NCBI GenBank assembly: GCA_951406725.2
Contig: OX597837.1
Span: 14,942,001-15,006,000 of the forward strand
Reading direction: 5' to 3'
Origin: Octopus vulgaris
Taxonomy: Eukaryota
Length of the DNA stretch: 64,000 nt
Below are positions 39,283 to 53,029 of this stretch, in pieces (within the stretch, counting starts at the first letter, position 1; every line of letters starts with the position of its first letter). The translations under genes were made by a program, and so were the position numbers. A model generated the notes under the pieces. The model was not told the origin of the DNA, did no database searches, and was given only the letters and a program-made list of their open reading frames with translations.

Positions 39283-41709
39283 GCTTTTCAGTCTTGTCTC
39301 TTTCATATTTTTCTGTATCTGTGATTATATTATTCAGTTTGTCCTTTAAGATGGTACAGTATGATTTGAAGAAGGTTTGAGCTGCTATTTCTAGCTAATA
39401 AGTAGAATGACCATTTAGAGGTTCCTTCATTTTTGCTCATTCTATTTCGTGTTTGATTATGCAGTATCAGAGTTCCAGGTTTCTGTTAGTTGAGCCGTTT
39501 CAATATGGAGTTGCTAGAATTGCATTTTTGGTGCCACCTCCTGAAATGTGACTGAAATTATTATATCTTGTATACAATTTGTGCATTTAATAAACCAAGT
39601 TGACTGTGTGCTTGTTATGGTAACTAAGTTCGGGGTTTGTAAAATGTTGAAATGTCAGCGAACTCCTCTTTAGTTTCTTTGCATAACAAGTACCATTAAG
39701 GACATTTAGAAAAAAAAAAAAACCCATATTGTATTCTTGTGTGATTAGAGTGTGTGTGTGTCTGTCTGTGTGTGCATATTGAGAAGGTGAGGTACAGATT
39801 TGGGGCATTATTTACCAACTGGTTTTCAAGTCTAATTTCGTTGCTGCTGTGACATTTAATGAAGCGTGTGTGTGTGTCGATGGTCATTTTGCATAAATAA
39901 AGAGTTTTTTTTTATGAAAAAGCTTTAGCATCACTTCAGTGTACAATGGTCTTCTCTTCCACAATCTCTCTTTCTTTCCTTCTCTCTCTAAGTTACCTGT
40001 GGTCAGACCTGGACACAGATGAGCCCCACCAGGTTTACAATGCCCAAAACAGTGCCCCTACAGCCCTGCCCAAAACAGTGCCCCTACGGCCCCATCAGAA
40101 GCTAAGGACCTTACACTTACTGTATTTAATAAACATTTTCTTTTCTATTGTTATTTTCCTTATCTTGAACTGACCCCTATCAGTTACGCTCTCCACTTAT
40201 CTGAATCCTTCGTTGATATACCTTCACTCTCCAAAACACTCTTGACTTCCTTCTCACCTGTAAACACATCACTGACCCTGCTCCACCCCAAACATCATCA
40301 GATTATATATTCACTGCTTCATCAACAACAAAAACACTGCTCCCTATCATCCTATCACACAACAACCAAACCCTCTCCTACTTCAAATTTGCAAACTAAT
40401 CAGAGGGGGGAAGGTGACTGGCAGTATCTTCTTCCTATGTATGCCCTTCCATATTCTTTACACAAACCCCCTGATCATCCACAGGTTCACTGCTCCATAC
40501 CATCCTTCCACACAACAGCTACTTCCTCCAAACCCTTCAAATTCTTCAAGTCCCCTGACTGGTGAGAGGGTCCACTCATGTTCTTCCCACACGTGCCTTT
40601 CCACATTCTTTACATAAACCCCAAATTATCTACACATGACAACCACTTCCCCTAAACCCTTCAAATAATTCAAGACCCCTGACTAGCGAGAGGGGTGATT
40701 CATGATGTCTTCTTCCTCTGTATGTGCAAAAATTATTCAATTATTTCACACACGCACACGGCTCCAGCACAGCTATAGGGGTGAGGGACACTCTACCCCC
40801 AACATCTGGAGGAAGCAACTGACCTAGTGCAACGCTTGCAAGATAAACACCAAAAGTGCAGAAGCTGCTTTCCTGCATCTGCCACCTGTTGCTGCTCTCT
40901 CGCATCCTCCCAAATAACAACAACAACCACCTGGCCCTCTCTCATCATTGCCAAAGCATCAGACCAGCCCACACTCACTTTTCAAGATCTTCCTCTTTAA
41001 CCCAGATAGTTCTGTAAGTAGGACTCCTGCTGACAGTCACAGCATTTGCTGCGACTATTCCCTTTTTTTTGTTTTCGTTTTTTCCTTTTATTTTAAGAAT
41101 TGTGTATTTAGAACTACAGTATCAAATGTGCCCTTCTTTTTCAAGACAGTGGAGAGTGATATGGGTTACTTTTTGGATAAAGTATAATATCATACATATA
41201 TATATAAATAGCGGCAGTGGCGTCTTATATATGTCATCAGTACTACGCACACACATGCACACATACATACAATTACATTCACACTCACATAATCACATTC
41301 ATACACACAGGGACACTATCTCACACACATACACACACTAGGAAACCCCTTCCAAACTCCCCTTTCTCGACTCCATTTGTCTAATCACCCCTACTTACAA
41401 AGCTATGGCCTCTGCTAAACAGATTGAAGCAACATGAAACAATGTACCTTGCTCAAGAAGACAACATGCCACCCAGTGCAGAAATTGAACCCACAACCTT
41501 ATGATCATGATCCCAACACATTAACCATTAAGCTATACACTTTTACAACCACAACAATTGAAATATTAAGTCTTTATTAATGCTGTTTTTTTCAATCTTC
41601 TATTGCAGTGTTTGTGTGTGTGTGTGTGTGTGTGTGTGCCTGCTTGTTGTTCCTGGTTTTATCTTTTGTTTTCTGTACATTTGAACCATTATACACACAC
41701 ACACACACA

Positions 41710-42012
41710 CACGATGGACTCTCCCATCGATGATGACACACGAGCATTCAGTCTTTGTTGAATGATCTGCACGAATGATCTGTTTATGGTGATCAAATGT
41801 TTCGTGTCGCATACTAAGCTCACTTTCTCCACCAAATTGACACTGTCTGAACAGGTGCACGTTGTGACATGTGTCAGGTGATTGCAGAGTGATTGCAAAG
41901 CACAATGCGAGATGAAGTGTTTTGCTCAAGAGTGCAGTGCCCCACCTGGTCTTCAAATTGAATCACAATCTAACGATTGTGAGAGCCACACCCCAACCAC
42001 TAAGCTGTGTGC

Positions 42013-42014
<2 letters not shown>
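41710..42014 (-). mobile_element. tRNA-derived SINE family E
   Basis: Minus-strand head cagcttagtggttggggtg, CORE-like cttgagcaaaacacttcat. The body matches the interrupted copy at 43724-44530. Confidence 0.65.
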
Positions 42015-42067
<53 letters not shown>

Positions 42068-43060
42068 GATAATAAATTGAGGGAATATTATTCCAAACTT
42101 ACAGGGGAAAATTCAATTTAGAAATACTAAATCAAATTTCACAAAATATAATATATATATATAAATTAGAAAAAAAACATAATATAATCTAGTGTGAAAA
42201 CTCAGTTAAGGGTACATTGTGTGTCTTTGGAATACTCAGCCACTTCTACACAGATTTCAGCAAATAAGAATTCGGTTGGCAAAACAACTGAATGCTCATC
42301 GTCGAAAACCGATGAATGATTCCCACCAGAATGGCTTTTCTGCTCCTCTGAACTTATCATTTCCAATTTGTCTCACTCTTAAACGCTTTGCCAGATTTTC
42401 CTTCTCAAAAACACAGCCATTAGGAATTCCCTTCCTGCCAACATTTTCCCTTTGGGCATCAACGCCCAGAATTTTAAATTAAACATAAACCCTATTGACC
42501 TCAGCTTCGGTGTGTGTATCTGTGTACGCGTAAAGGTCACGGCTACTCTCTACCCCCATTCTGTGTCTAAATATAGTTCAAAAGTTATTCACAAAATAAA
42601 TGCCATTTCAATGAACCCCGCAACGAACGAGATTAAATATAAATTTTTAGATGAGATTTCCAAATTGAACAATGGGTTTGCGTGTCATTTATTTCGTTGA
42701 TTTCTTTTTAAAAAACCATTCATGTTTTTTCTTTCACAACTGTGTGAAAGTACAATGTCCTGTTGAACTGTGTGTGATAAATTTGTTTTAAACCAGTCAA
42801 ATTGGTAGAGCAGCTTAAACCCAGAGAAAAGAAGTGACTAAATGCCAAAGTTAATGGTTGAAAATTTGTCACTTCACTCACAACATCCCTTGTGGAGCAG
42901 AATCATTCATTAATGGGTGAAATAATTTTACAGTTAATAGCTGGATGCTCAGAACGGTTAAATACAACCGGTTGCTGCTTATTAAACAAACTCTTCCTGT
43001 TCTTTGTTGGACACTTTCATCTTCAGGCAACAAAAATGCAAGAAAACATATTGATGATGA

Positions 43061-43103
<43 letters not shown>

Positions 43104-43859
43104 TGTGTGTGTGTGTGTGTGTGTGTGTTTGTCCCCCTAGCATTGCTTGACAACCGATGCTGGTGTGTTTATGTCCCCGTTACTTAGCGGTTCGGCAAAG
43201 AGACCGATAGAATAAGTACTGGGCTTACGAAAGAATAAGACCCGGGGTCGAGTTGCTCGATTAAAGGCGGTGCTCCAGCATGGCCGCAGTCAAATGACTG
43301 AAACAAGTAAAAGAGTATATATATAGACAAAACTATGTTAAAGCTGAAAAAAGTAACTGAAAAGTTATTTTTAATACAGAAATTGAAATTTATTTATTGC
43401 TTTTGCAACATTTGTATTCTGAGAGTTTTATCCAATTCTGTAGAATATGACTGTTTGCACACTGATGCATATGAACGGAAAATTTCGAGTTTATAGATGT
43501 TGGAATTCATCCAACTATTAAATCTAATGTAAAATGTCTGTCTTCCTCGGACCGGAATAACTGGAACGCTCCTTGGAACTGTTGAACACAAATAAAAATC
43601 TGAAGCTGGAATAGAGATTAACAGAACTGTAGCCCTTCCATTAATCAACACCCTCACCTGTCACACCTGAAATACTGAGGTTTCACTTTATAATCCATCT
43701 GTTGCTCTGACAACTCTGTAAATTGGCCACACACTGTGGTGAGGGTTGTTGCACTCATAACCATTAGATTGTGGTTTCCATTCTTGGATTGGGCAATGCA
43801 CTGTATTCTTGGGCAAAACCCTTCATTTCATGTTACTCTGCAATTACTTTGGCACTGTG

Positions 43860-44151
43860 CATCATCATCATCATCATTGTTCGACTGTGGTCGAGACAAT
43901 GGAATTTACTATGTTACGCCAGACTTGACGGTCCATCATAGCATTACGGAGGTCCTATTGCTGGATGCCTGTATCCCTGGAGATTACATCAGGGTAGGAG
44001 AGTGTGCACCCTCTGGTATCGCGAGCAGATGCCTTCCAGAGGAGAAGAGTAGAAATTACCTCGTTTTCAGCTCTACAACAATGTCCAGCAAACTGGACTC
44101 TTCTACCTTTTACAAGAGATGATACAGGTGGTAGTTTCCCATATATTTGCA
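43860..44151 (-). mobile_element. 5'-truncated RTE LINE
   Basis: QIYGKLPPVSSLVKGRRVQFAGHCCRAENEVISTLLLWK...YPDVISRDTGIQQ; (tga)n tail. Confidence 0.85.
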
Positions 44152-44209
44152 CCGGTGCAAGCAATGTTGATTTGATGGAGGGAATGAGGTAACATATGCC
44201 GCTATAAAC

Positions 44210-44462
44210 CAGGGGTTCTCAACCAGTGTCCATATGGCTCTTGGGGGCCCATATAAGATTTTGTTGTTAATATTTATCTGCAAGAAGTTGATTATGGTTC
44301 TATGTTACACCAAATATTGTAACAAATGTTTATAATACAATTACTAATGATAATTATTTGTAAAAAAATATAAGAGGATTTATTTTTACATTGAATGGTT
44401 ATGAGGGTCCACCTGAGTAGAATAGGAATCAGAAGGGTCCGGAAAATGGTTGAGAACCATTG
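44210..44462. mobile_element. hAT (Charlie-like) MITE with perfect 8-bp TSD
   Basis: TIRs caggggttctcaacc / ggttgagaaccattg; TSD ctataaac at 44202-44209 and 44463-44470. A right-end fragment occurs at about 53482-53567. Confidence 0.88.
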
Positions 44463-45405
44463 CTATAAACAAATCATCTGTTCAGGTTGTTTAGCAAAGA
44501 AGTTGCAGAACCCTCAACAGGAGAGTCCACAATAAAGGCATGCGCACACACGTTAAACCCTTTCCTCCCATCTTTATGCCCTTGAATAACTCCTATGGTA
44601 TTCTCAGCTAATTAATAAAAAAACTATCAAGTCTATACTCTGTTTTATGTATTGAGTTCTCTTCCTTCTGTTTGTAAAGCAAATGTACTTATTTATGTAC
44701 ATAGTTTCTTTCTACTAAATTCCACTCCCAGGGTATTGGTCAACCCAACACCAGAGTAGAAAGCACTTGTCCAAAGTTCTGCTTAGTGGGATAGAACCTG
44801 AAACTGTGTGGTTGTGAAGCCAACTTCTTAACCACACGATGACCGTACCTGTACCTACGATGCAACTTCTAAATCTTGATGTTTCCTGTTGAACTTGAGT
44901 TTAAAGTCAGCGTCTTTCATTGTCCTCATTTGCAAAGGTCCCTGCACCAAAATACCTCAACACTTTATCATGCAAACCAATGACGCAACTTCTATCTTAT
45001 CAACCAGCCTACTAGAAATAGCGACCAGATTTGCCTCAGGCTATATTCTACTATCTTAAAAAAACAAGATGATCACAGCAAGAACACCTTTGATAAGTAT
45101 GCTCAGTCAGGGCTGACCTAGGGTTAAACAACAACTTCTTATCATTGTTTGCTAAGATATCCCAATTTTTGCTTATCTTTCCCCAACCAGTTCATACTGA
45201 TATGAACTCACCTACCCACCACCCAAGTGTGTGTCTGTGTGTCTGCCCCCCCCTCTCTCTCTCTCTCCTTATCGTCCACATACCCTGGGGTAATGTTTAT
45301 ACCTATTTTATTGACTCTAGTGTAATAATAATAAAAAACAAAATTTTTTAAGAGAGAAAAAAAATTAAGTGAATCACCTGACAAAACCCGAAATCTGGTA
45401 CCAAC

Positions 45406-45442
45406 ATGTCTTTCGTGCGAAAACAGTATCAGGTGAATGAAG
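45406..45442 (+). CDS. Possible short alternative first coding exon (MSFVRKQYQVNE)
   Basis: ccaacATG context and strong donor AAG|gtgagt at 45443 (weaker CAG|gtgaat at 45433), in unique sequence. No homology recognised. Confidence 0.3.
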
Positions 45443-47096
45443 GTGAGTTCTGTACATCATCGCTTTAATTAATGAAAACTTAATGAACTTGATCGTATTT
45501 TGTTGATGATGAATAATCCTGGATGGACTTTTAACCTGAAGAGAACCAAAGAAACATTTAAGAGAAATTTCAGGGCTGTATTTGTCTGGCAAGGGATTTG
45601 ATCCGAGACCCCTGTGTTGAGAGAAATCCACAGGTTAAACTCACTGATTAATATCTGCTGCAGACCAGTGTTGGCCTACCCAGGGTATATAGTTTGCTAT
45701 GCAATGTCTTTGCCTTCTTTGGCCAAAAATCACCTGATTGGCACAGTTCTGAGGCTTAAAAAACTTCTAATGAACTGTCCAACCCATGCCAGCATGGAAA
45801 ACAGACATTTTATAGCTGTGGTGGTTGTTGTTGGTTAGACCTAGGTCATCCCTAATCAAGCAACCCTGTGACCAAAGCTGTTCTAACCATGACCATCTCT
45901 CATCATATTTCTCTTGGACTACATTATCCAATGAGTCCTGGTCGTGGGTTCTGTTTTTGGACTTGGTGCCAGCATATTGTGTCCTTGAGCAAGACTTTTC
46001 ATTTCACGTCACCTCAGTCTACTCAACTGTAAAAAAGGTACCACTCAATCACTGGTGCAACTCCCACCAGCTGTCACATCATGGATAATATTTCACAGGG
46101 TCTAGGATAAGAGGGTACCAAGAGTGTCTTCTCTCTGTTACACAGGCACATGAAACAATTAGCCAAAGCCTGGTACCATGTTAGTCAAGCCATACTTGCT
46201 CACAAACAATGGCTGTACTGCACTTGTGCTATAATGAGATGTGGTTGCCACTTGTGGAAGGTCAAGTATGTAGAGGCTTGCCAATTGGCTTGTCATAGGA
46301 TTATACATAATATATATAACGGTATTAAGTTTATACATCCTTAACCTCATCACAGACACAGTTTCCACAGCATCTGTTGATGCAGTACGAAATAAAATCT
46401 AATGAAGATGAATTTGTAACAACAGATATCTCTCGGTTTTAAATGGCCATCATAATTCTGCCATAATGTGATTGATTTCTAAAATCATCCAGAGTACATA
46501 CACGCGTGTATACGTACCCATGTACACACAGACAGACACACACGTCCATATAGATCTCGTTTAATGTATCAGTTTCAGAATGGCCACAAACACATAAAAC
46601 AAATGAAAATCCAATACGAAGCTGAATTGCCTGCCCAAATAGATACGAAGAACAGAGAGGGAGACTCTGTGCAATGATTTGCCAACCAGGCCGTGGCAAG
46701 CCGTTCTCTCTCTCGTAGACATGGAGTAATGAAAAAGCTGGCCGTTATATCATTGCATATATTTATTGATAACACAGCAACGGATATATTTGTTTGCTGC
46801 TGGGTTATCACCAACAAAACAAAGTACATAGTGGTTATTGGTTTTGTTTTTAGTTGGATGACGATGATGATGATGATGCATCGTTGCAAGTGAGAGGTAA
46901 TCGTGACTTTTAGGTTCTGTTTTTGCTTATTTATTTAAATTTTTTTTTTTTGTAATATCTTTATGAAACTCAACTTGACCTGTCTTCTAAGTTGCCAACA
47001 TTTCTGAGTGAATTACTTATAACTAACGATTACCAGCATCAGTCGAAAGCAATTTATTCCCAAAATGCTGGGAATTCATTTGATTCTATATACATA

Positions 47097-47480
47097 GGAG
47101 TGGCTGTGTGGTAAGTAGTCTTGCTAACCAACCACATGGTTCCAGGTTCAGTCCCACTGCGTGGCATCTTGGGCAAGTGTCTTCTACTGTAGCCTCTGGC
47201 CGACCAAAGCCTTGTGAGTAGATTTGGTAGACAGGAACTGAAAGAAGCCCGCCGTATATGTGTGTGTGTGTGTGTGTGCTTGTGTGACCTCATCTAGACA
47301 TCATGTGACGGTTGCAAATGAGCATCATCATCATCATACAACCAAAGTTGTTTGTTTCCTGTCTTCCATGAAAAGCCTGCCTGGCCACAGGAATAGGGTT
47401 GGGCTGTAGAAAATCTGCCTCCAAACATTTGTCTGACCCATACAATCATGGAAAAAAGGGCATCAAATGATGATGATGAT
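47097..47480 (+). mobile_element. SINE family B head with an alternative (gat)n-ending tail
   Basis: ggagtggctgtgtggtaagtag head and CORE-like domain, then gtagaaaatctgcctc...catggaaaa...tgatgat. Similar copies at 5760-6065, 50320-50600 and 34215-34605 (-). Confidence 0.75.
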
Positions 47481-47955
47481 AATGCATCTCGCTTCGATAT
47501 GATATCGGAGAAGCTTAATAAGTTTAAAACCATCTCTTATTTTATTAAACATGGCAATATGCCTGCATTCCTTTCAATTCTCTCACACCACCACCCTGAA
47601 GTGGGTGGGGGGTGCAGCCACCCCCTTTTCCATGAAAAACACTGCTCTAAAAGATTACATCAATACTGCTAAAAAACCATCGTTCTGTTGTAGTAATAAC
47701 TCATCCAAAAGAATATGGCCCATAAAATTATTGGCTTCAGATATTGATCTCCGGAGTCTAGTGCGGAATTAATACTGTTGTTTGACCTTTGGTCAACTCT
47801 GATCAAGCAGAATCTGTGATGGAAGACATTCCAGCCATGAACATCCTGTCTGTTTAAGAGTAGCTGGGACAACATTATTTAATGGAAGGAAAGCTTTACA
47901 GTACTCAGAATGTATGAAACAAGGACTAATAATGTCTATATATATATATATATAT

Positions 47956-47996
<41 letters not shown>

Positions 47997-49619
47997 TATA
48001 CACATATATATGCCAGTGGCATGTAAAAAGCACCCACTACACTCATGGAGTGGTTGGCATTAGGAAGGGCATCCAGCTGTAGAAACTCTGCCAGATCAGA
48101 CTGGAGCCTGGTGCAGCCTCCTGGCTTCCCAGTTGAACCGTCCAACCCATGCTAGCATGGAAAAACCGATGTTAAACGATGATGATGATGATATACCATC
48201 ATGTGATTCACAGAAGACATGCCTGACAATCTAACGTCTAAATAATTTATAAAAAAGCCACCAACTAAACTAAATTAAGCTACAAATAACTAATTAAAAA
48301 GTCTGAAAACGAGGATGGTCATTTTAGGACAAACTTACGAGAATGCACATAGGACAGGCAAAGGATTAAGGGAGATGTGGCTTGTATTGGAGCCCTTCCA
48401 ACCATGGTCACTCTGTCTTTTCTCTTTTATATGCAGGGAATTCAAGACCAAATTACAGTGTTATTAGGGAGAGATTTAGCTGCTATTTCTCATGGGTCAA
48501 ATAATCCCCCACCACAGAGGTTTTTCATTAATTATAGAAGTGATAGACTTTTCTTATGACTTGGTTGTTCAAAGAGGAAATTAAAAAATACAAAAATACA
48601 ACCGGAGGAAGATTTCAAATAACTTTTTAATTCACATCCATCCCTACAATTTAGACATTAATTTTCTTTTGAAGCTGCTACTAACTATTATTATTATTAT
48701 CATTATTATTATTATTATTGTTGTTGTTGTTGTTGTTGTGACTTATTATTGGTTTCCTATTGTTTTAATTAATAATGGGATTGACCCCACTAAGTTTGTT
48801 TCATTAACATATTTCGTAAAACATAACTCTCAGCCTTTACATCTTTCTCATAAATCCTCTTCATCATCATCATCACCATATTCTATTCATATTATCATTC
48901 ATTAGAATCAAGAGACGAAGTGAGCAGCTCAATGTGGTCACTCAGTCTGCTGACCATAGCAACTAAATCTTCTTCGAATCACATCCCATGGTCATAAAAA
49001 TGAAGTGACACCACTGGACATAGACTTATTTTAAGGGTCTCCATTGGTCAGATTTCAGTATATAGCAGTATCAATATACACGGACCTTGTTACTGATTTC
49101 TTTGTGGAAGGCTACCAGTTGCCCGTACAGTCCAAGGGAAAGGCTTTTCTTAAAAGCCCATGGAGTTTGAGACAAGTATTGTTGCAGGCATCGCTGCCTA
49201 AAGCCAAAATCCTTTGCAGCTCTGTAAGGCCTCTTCTAATAACTCTATCAATTCTGCTTATTTGCAGCCCTTTTTTCATCATCATCATCATCATATAATG
49301 TCCATCTTCCATATTGGCATGAGTTGGATGATTTAAGATGATCTGATGGGCCCAAGGACTGCATTGTGCTCCTGTGCTTGCTTTGGCAGGGTTTCTAACA
49401 CCTGGATGCTCTTCCTAATGCCAACCACTTTATAGCTTGTACTGGATGCTTTTATCAAGCCATCAGCACAAGTGAGACCCACCATGTAGTTTGCAGGACC
49501 ATGAACCCTGAGGGGACAACTTTATGCTTGGAGATAAGGGATAAAAGAGGTGTAAAAGTATGAGAGAAACAGCTAGAACAGGATAGGTTTCTTGCTGTAG
49601 TAGAGGGGCTACATGACCC

Positions 49620-49870
49620 TTCACATTTTAGAAGAGTGAATGGGAATGATTGGTTGGAATGGGAAAGTGCTAAAAAAAATAACGGTGATGAGGTGTCCCA
49701 ATAGACCTTTCAAGGTACAAATGGGTAGAAATGAGTGAGGCAGAGGGACCAGAAATGAGTGGAAGTAGTAGAAGATGAGTGATAGAGCAGAACAGCAGAA
49801 TAGTAACAATGAAACAGTAGACAGGAGACAGATGAGAGAGCATGTTGGATTGGTTGCAAAGAGTGACTGG
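49620..49870 (-). mobile_element. Possible ancient LINE (Jockey/L2-like) C-terminal remnant
   Basis: Faint LQP...LY..YY...CS pattern and purine-rich strand bias. Heavily decayed. Confidence 0.3.
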
Positions 49871-51954
49871 GGAAGAGAGAATCATTATATATATTTCATA
49901 ATTCAAAAAAAAAAAAAATTATTCACATCTTGAAACGAAATTATGAAATTTTCTAATAAAAAAAAAACTCATATACTCCTCAGACATTTGCTCGTTATTT
50001 TCATCAAGATTCTGATAACATCTTTGCAATATCTTGCCTTTAATTAATTAGCAATAATTAACTAAATATGTAGACCCATCTGATATACTGTTTTAAGGAA
50101 GATTCTGGTTAAACCTTTATCATATGAATCAAGGAATAGGTATTCTCTACATTCTACATAGAAACTATTAAATAGTTTATCATAATTACCATTTTACTGC
50201 CAGTGGCTACTTTTGTTTATCTTGGGTTCTGTTCCTGCCAATTTGCTTATCTCCATGCTTAGGATCATCTTTATGGAGGGATAAATTCAAGTTCTTTTAT
50301 CATAGCACTGAGTCATTGAAAGCTTTGTAAGTGGATTTCGTAGACAGAAACTGAAAGAAGCCCATCAATGGGGGGAGAGGGGGTACCTTTGTCCTGACGT
50401 CATCTGATGGTTGTAAATGAGCATCACCATCATACGTGTAATGCTTGTTTTGTCTTCTGCAAAGCATCTTGTCTAACCATGGGGAAATAATACCTTGTGG
50501 GGTGGGTGACAGGAAGGGCATCTGGTCGTAGAAAATCTGCCTCAACAAAGTCCATGTGACCCATGCAAGCATGGAAAAGTGAACATTAAATGATGGTGAT
50601 CACTGTTGTAGACAGAAATCTATTTTACAAGAATGGAGAAACGGTGCCTTTTTTATTTTATTTTTTTTATTTTATAGCAGGGCATTTCCAAACTAATCTC
50701 TTATCAGTGTTACATAGTTCAAAACCTTGGGCATGTGTGGGGGTCATTGTGCCAATGAAAACACACACACAGACACTGGTTACATTCTAATTTCTTTATT
50801 TTTGGTTTCTTTCTTTTTTTTTTGTGCATGTATTTTCATTTGCCAAATGGTCCTCCCACACGGTTTTGAACTATAATTATTTCAGCATTCTGTGTCCCAT
50901 AAAGACATAAATAAATAAAAATTGCATGTTAAATAAAATATCAACTCTCTTGTTTTTATTTTAAAAATGTACTTTAGGAAAAAATATTAAATATTTATTC
51001 TTGTTTTAATAATATTTTTGATATTTTTGTTTGTTTATGTTGTTGCTTTTGTCTTTCATGTACTTTCGGAAGAATAATTTAAACTCTAAAATGCTTCAAT
51101 TTTTAGAGAGATTATTCTCCTTTAGAGATTCCTAATTAAAATATCCTTGATTGCAATGTACTTAGTCTGTTGGGGTGGCAGAGTTGGTAGAAGAACAGCA
51201 AACCAAATTCCATGTGATATTTAAAGACATTCCCTTTCTGTTAGGAGTTCAAATCCCATAAAGGTTAACTGTGCTTTTTCATCCTTTCTGGTACCACAAA
51301 TTGAAGTACAACCAAAACAAAAGTACCAGTCAAATTCTGGGGTCAATTTAATCAAGTGTTGTGCCAAAATTTGAAACCATTATTACTGAAGGTGGTGAGA
51401 TGGCAGAATCGTTAGCACACCGGACGAAATGCTCAACAGCATTTCATTCAGCTTCAGGGTCTGAGTTCAAATTCTGCCGAGGTCGACTTTGACTTGCATC
51501 CTCCCACGAAATTGCTGGCCTTGTGCCAAAATTTGAAATCCTTATTAAGCTGTTAATTGGAATGTTAATTATCCTGCAATATTGTTGGAAGGTTCACTTC
51601 AAAACAGGAAGGTTCTATCAAAGAATCGGGAGTGTTCCCAGGCAGGTCGGTATCATAAGGGTTAAAACTAAACTGGTTCCTTGTTGGCTGAAATCTAAAA
51701 CAGTGCCCCAGCATGGCATCAGCTTTGGAAGGCTGAAACAATTTCACATCTGTGGTTATATATTCTGTGTTTTCACTCAAGTTTGCCAACTGTTGCTGTC
51801 AGGTTGTAGAATCTAAGTAGATGGGTTTTCCTGCTTCCATATGTGACTACACCCACCCAAAAATTGTTTTCACTCTTTGCGTAAACATCTGACTTCCATT
51901 TTCACTTTGTGTGTCTGTTATAAAACTAGGTTATTGCTGTGGTATGCAGGCATA

Positions 51955-52262
51955 TATATATATATATATATACACCCACACACATGTAAGATATATATAG
52001 TATATATGTAACATATATAAAGTATACACAAATAGTACATGTATATGTAAGATATACATGTATATGTATATATGTATGTATATGTAAGATATACATGTGT
52101 GTGTATGTATGTATGTATATGTAAGATATACATGTGTGTGTATATATGTATGTATATATAAGATATACATGTGTGTATATATGTATGTATATGTAAGATA
52201 TACATGTTTATGTATATGTATATGTATATGATATACATGTGTGCGTGTATACAGATATATAT
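51955..52262. repeat. Microsatellite-derived minisatellite with core tatgtaagatatacatg
   Basis: Core repeated about 7-8 times with variable TA/TG linkers. Confidence 0.85.
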
Positions 52263-52615
52263 ATAAAATTATGAGAAAATTCATCTAAGTGGTGCTGAAC
52301 AACACTGGGAGCTTTTAAGGTCACCTGCTGCTGAAGGTTTTAATTTGTTTTTATATAGAACAAAGTGTTTATGCAATTCTGTATTGTGAGGTAATTGAAG
52401 GAAAACAGAATATTTAACATCTCATTATTAGACATCAGTTGTGTTTGTATCCAGCCAAGCTAATGATGTTGGAATCTGTTTATTTTCCTAAATACTAAAT
52501 TACAGCAATGACAAAACAGTGAAGCTCGTTGTGACACCATCATCGTCAATGTCAGTCATCAATTAATGTTGGTCTTCCAGGCTGGGCTGGCAATGATTGG
52601 ATGGTTTGAGAGAAG

Positions 52616-53029
52616 GTGGTGAGCTGGCAGAAACGTTAGCACACCGGGCGAAATGCTTAGCGGTATTTCAGCTGCCGTTACATTCTGAGTTCAAATTCCA
52701 CCGACATTGACTTTGTCTTTCATCCTTTCGGGGTCAATAAATTAAGTACCAGTTACACACTGGGGTCGATATAATCGACTTAAACCGTTTGTCTGTCCTT
52801 GTTTGACCTCTCTGTGTTTAGCCCCTTGTGGGTAGTAAAGAAATAGGTATTTCGTCTGCCGCTATGTTTTGAGTTCAAATTCCACTGAGGTTGACTTTGC
52901 CTTTCATCCTTTTGGGGTCGATTAAATAAGTACCAGTTACACACTGGGGTCGATATAATCGACTTAATCCATTTGTCTGTCCTTGTTTGTCCCCTCTGTG
53001 TTTAGCCCCTTGTGGGTAGTAAAGAAATA
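52616..53029 (+). mobile_element. SINE family A dimer (head plus two 184-bp units) with TSD
   Basis: Units start at 52662 and 52846. TSD ggtttgagagaag (52603-52615) and ggttttagagaag (53030-53042). Inserted in a family C copy. Confidence 0.85.

Larger units (their letters stand above)
43724..44530 (+). mobile_element. SINE family E interrupted by a LINE and a MITE
   Basis: Removing 43860-44151 and 44210-44470 restores collinearity with 41710-42014. Confidence 0.6.

Noticed and set aside
42220-42480. GIY-YIG C-terminus (PLGIN) of a Penelope-like element
   Set aside because: Only one short motif; not enough supporting residues.
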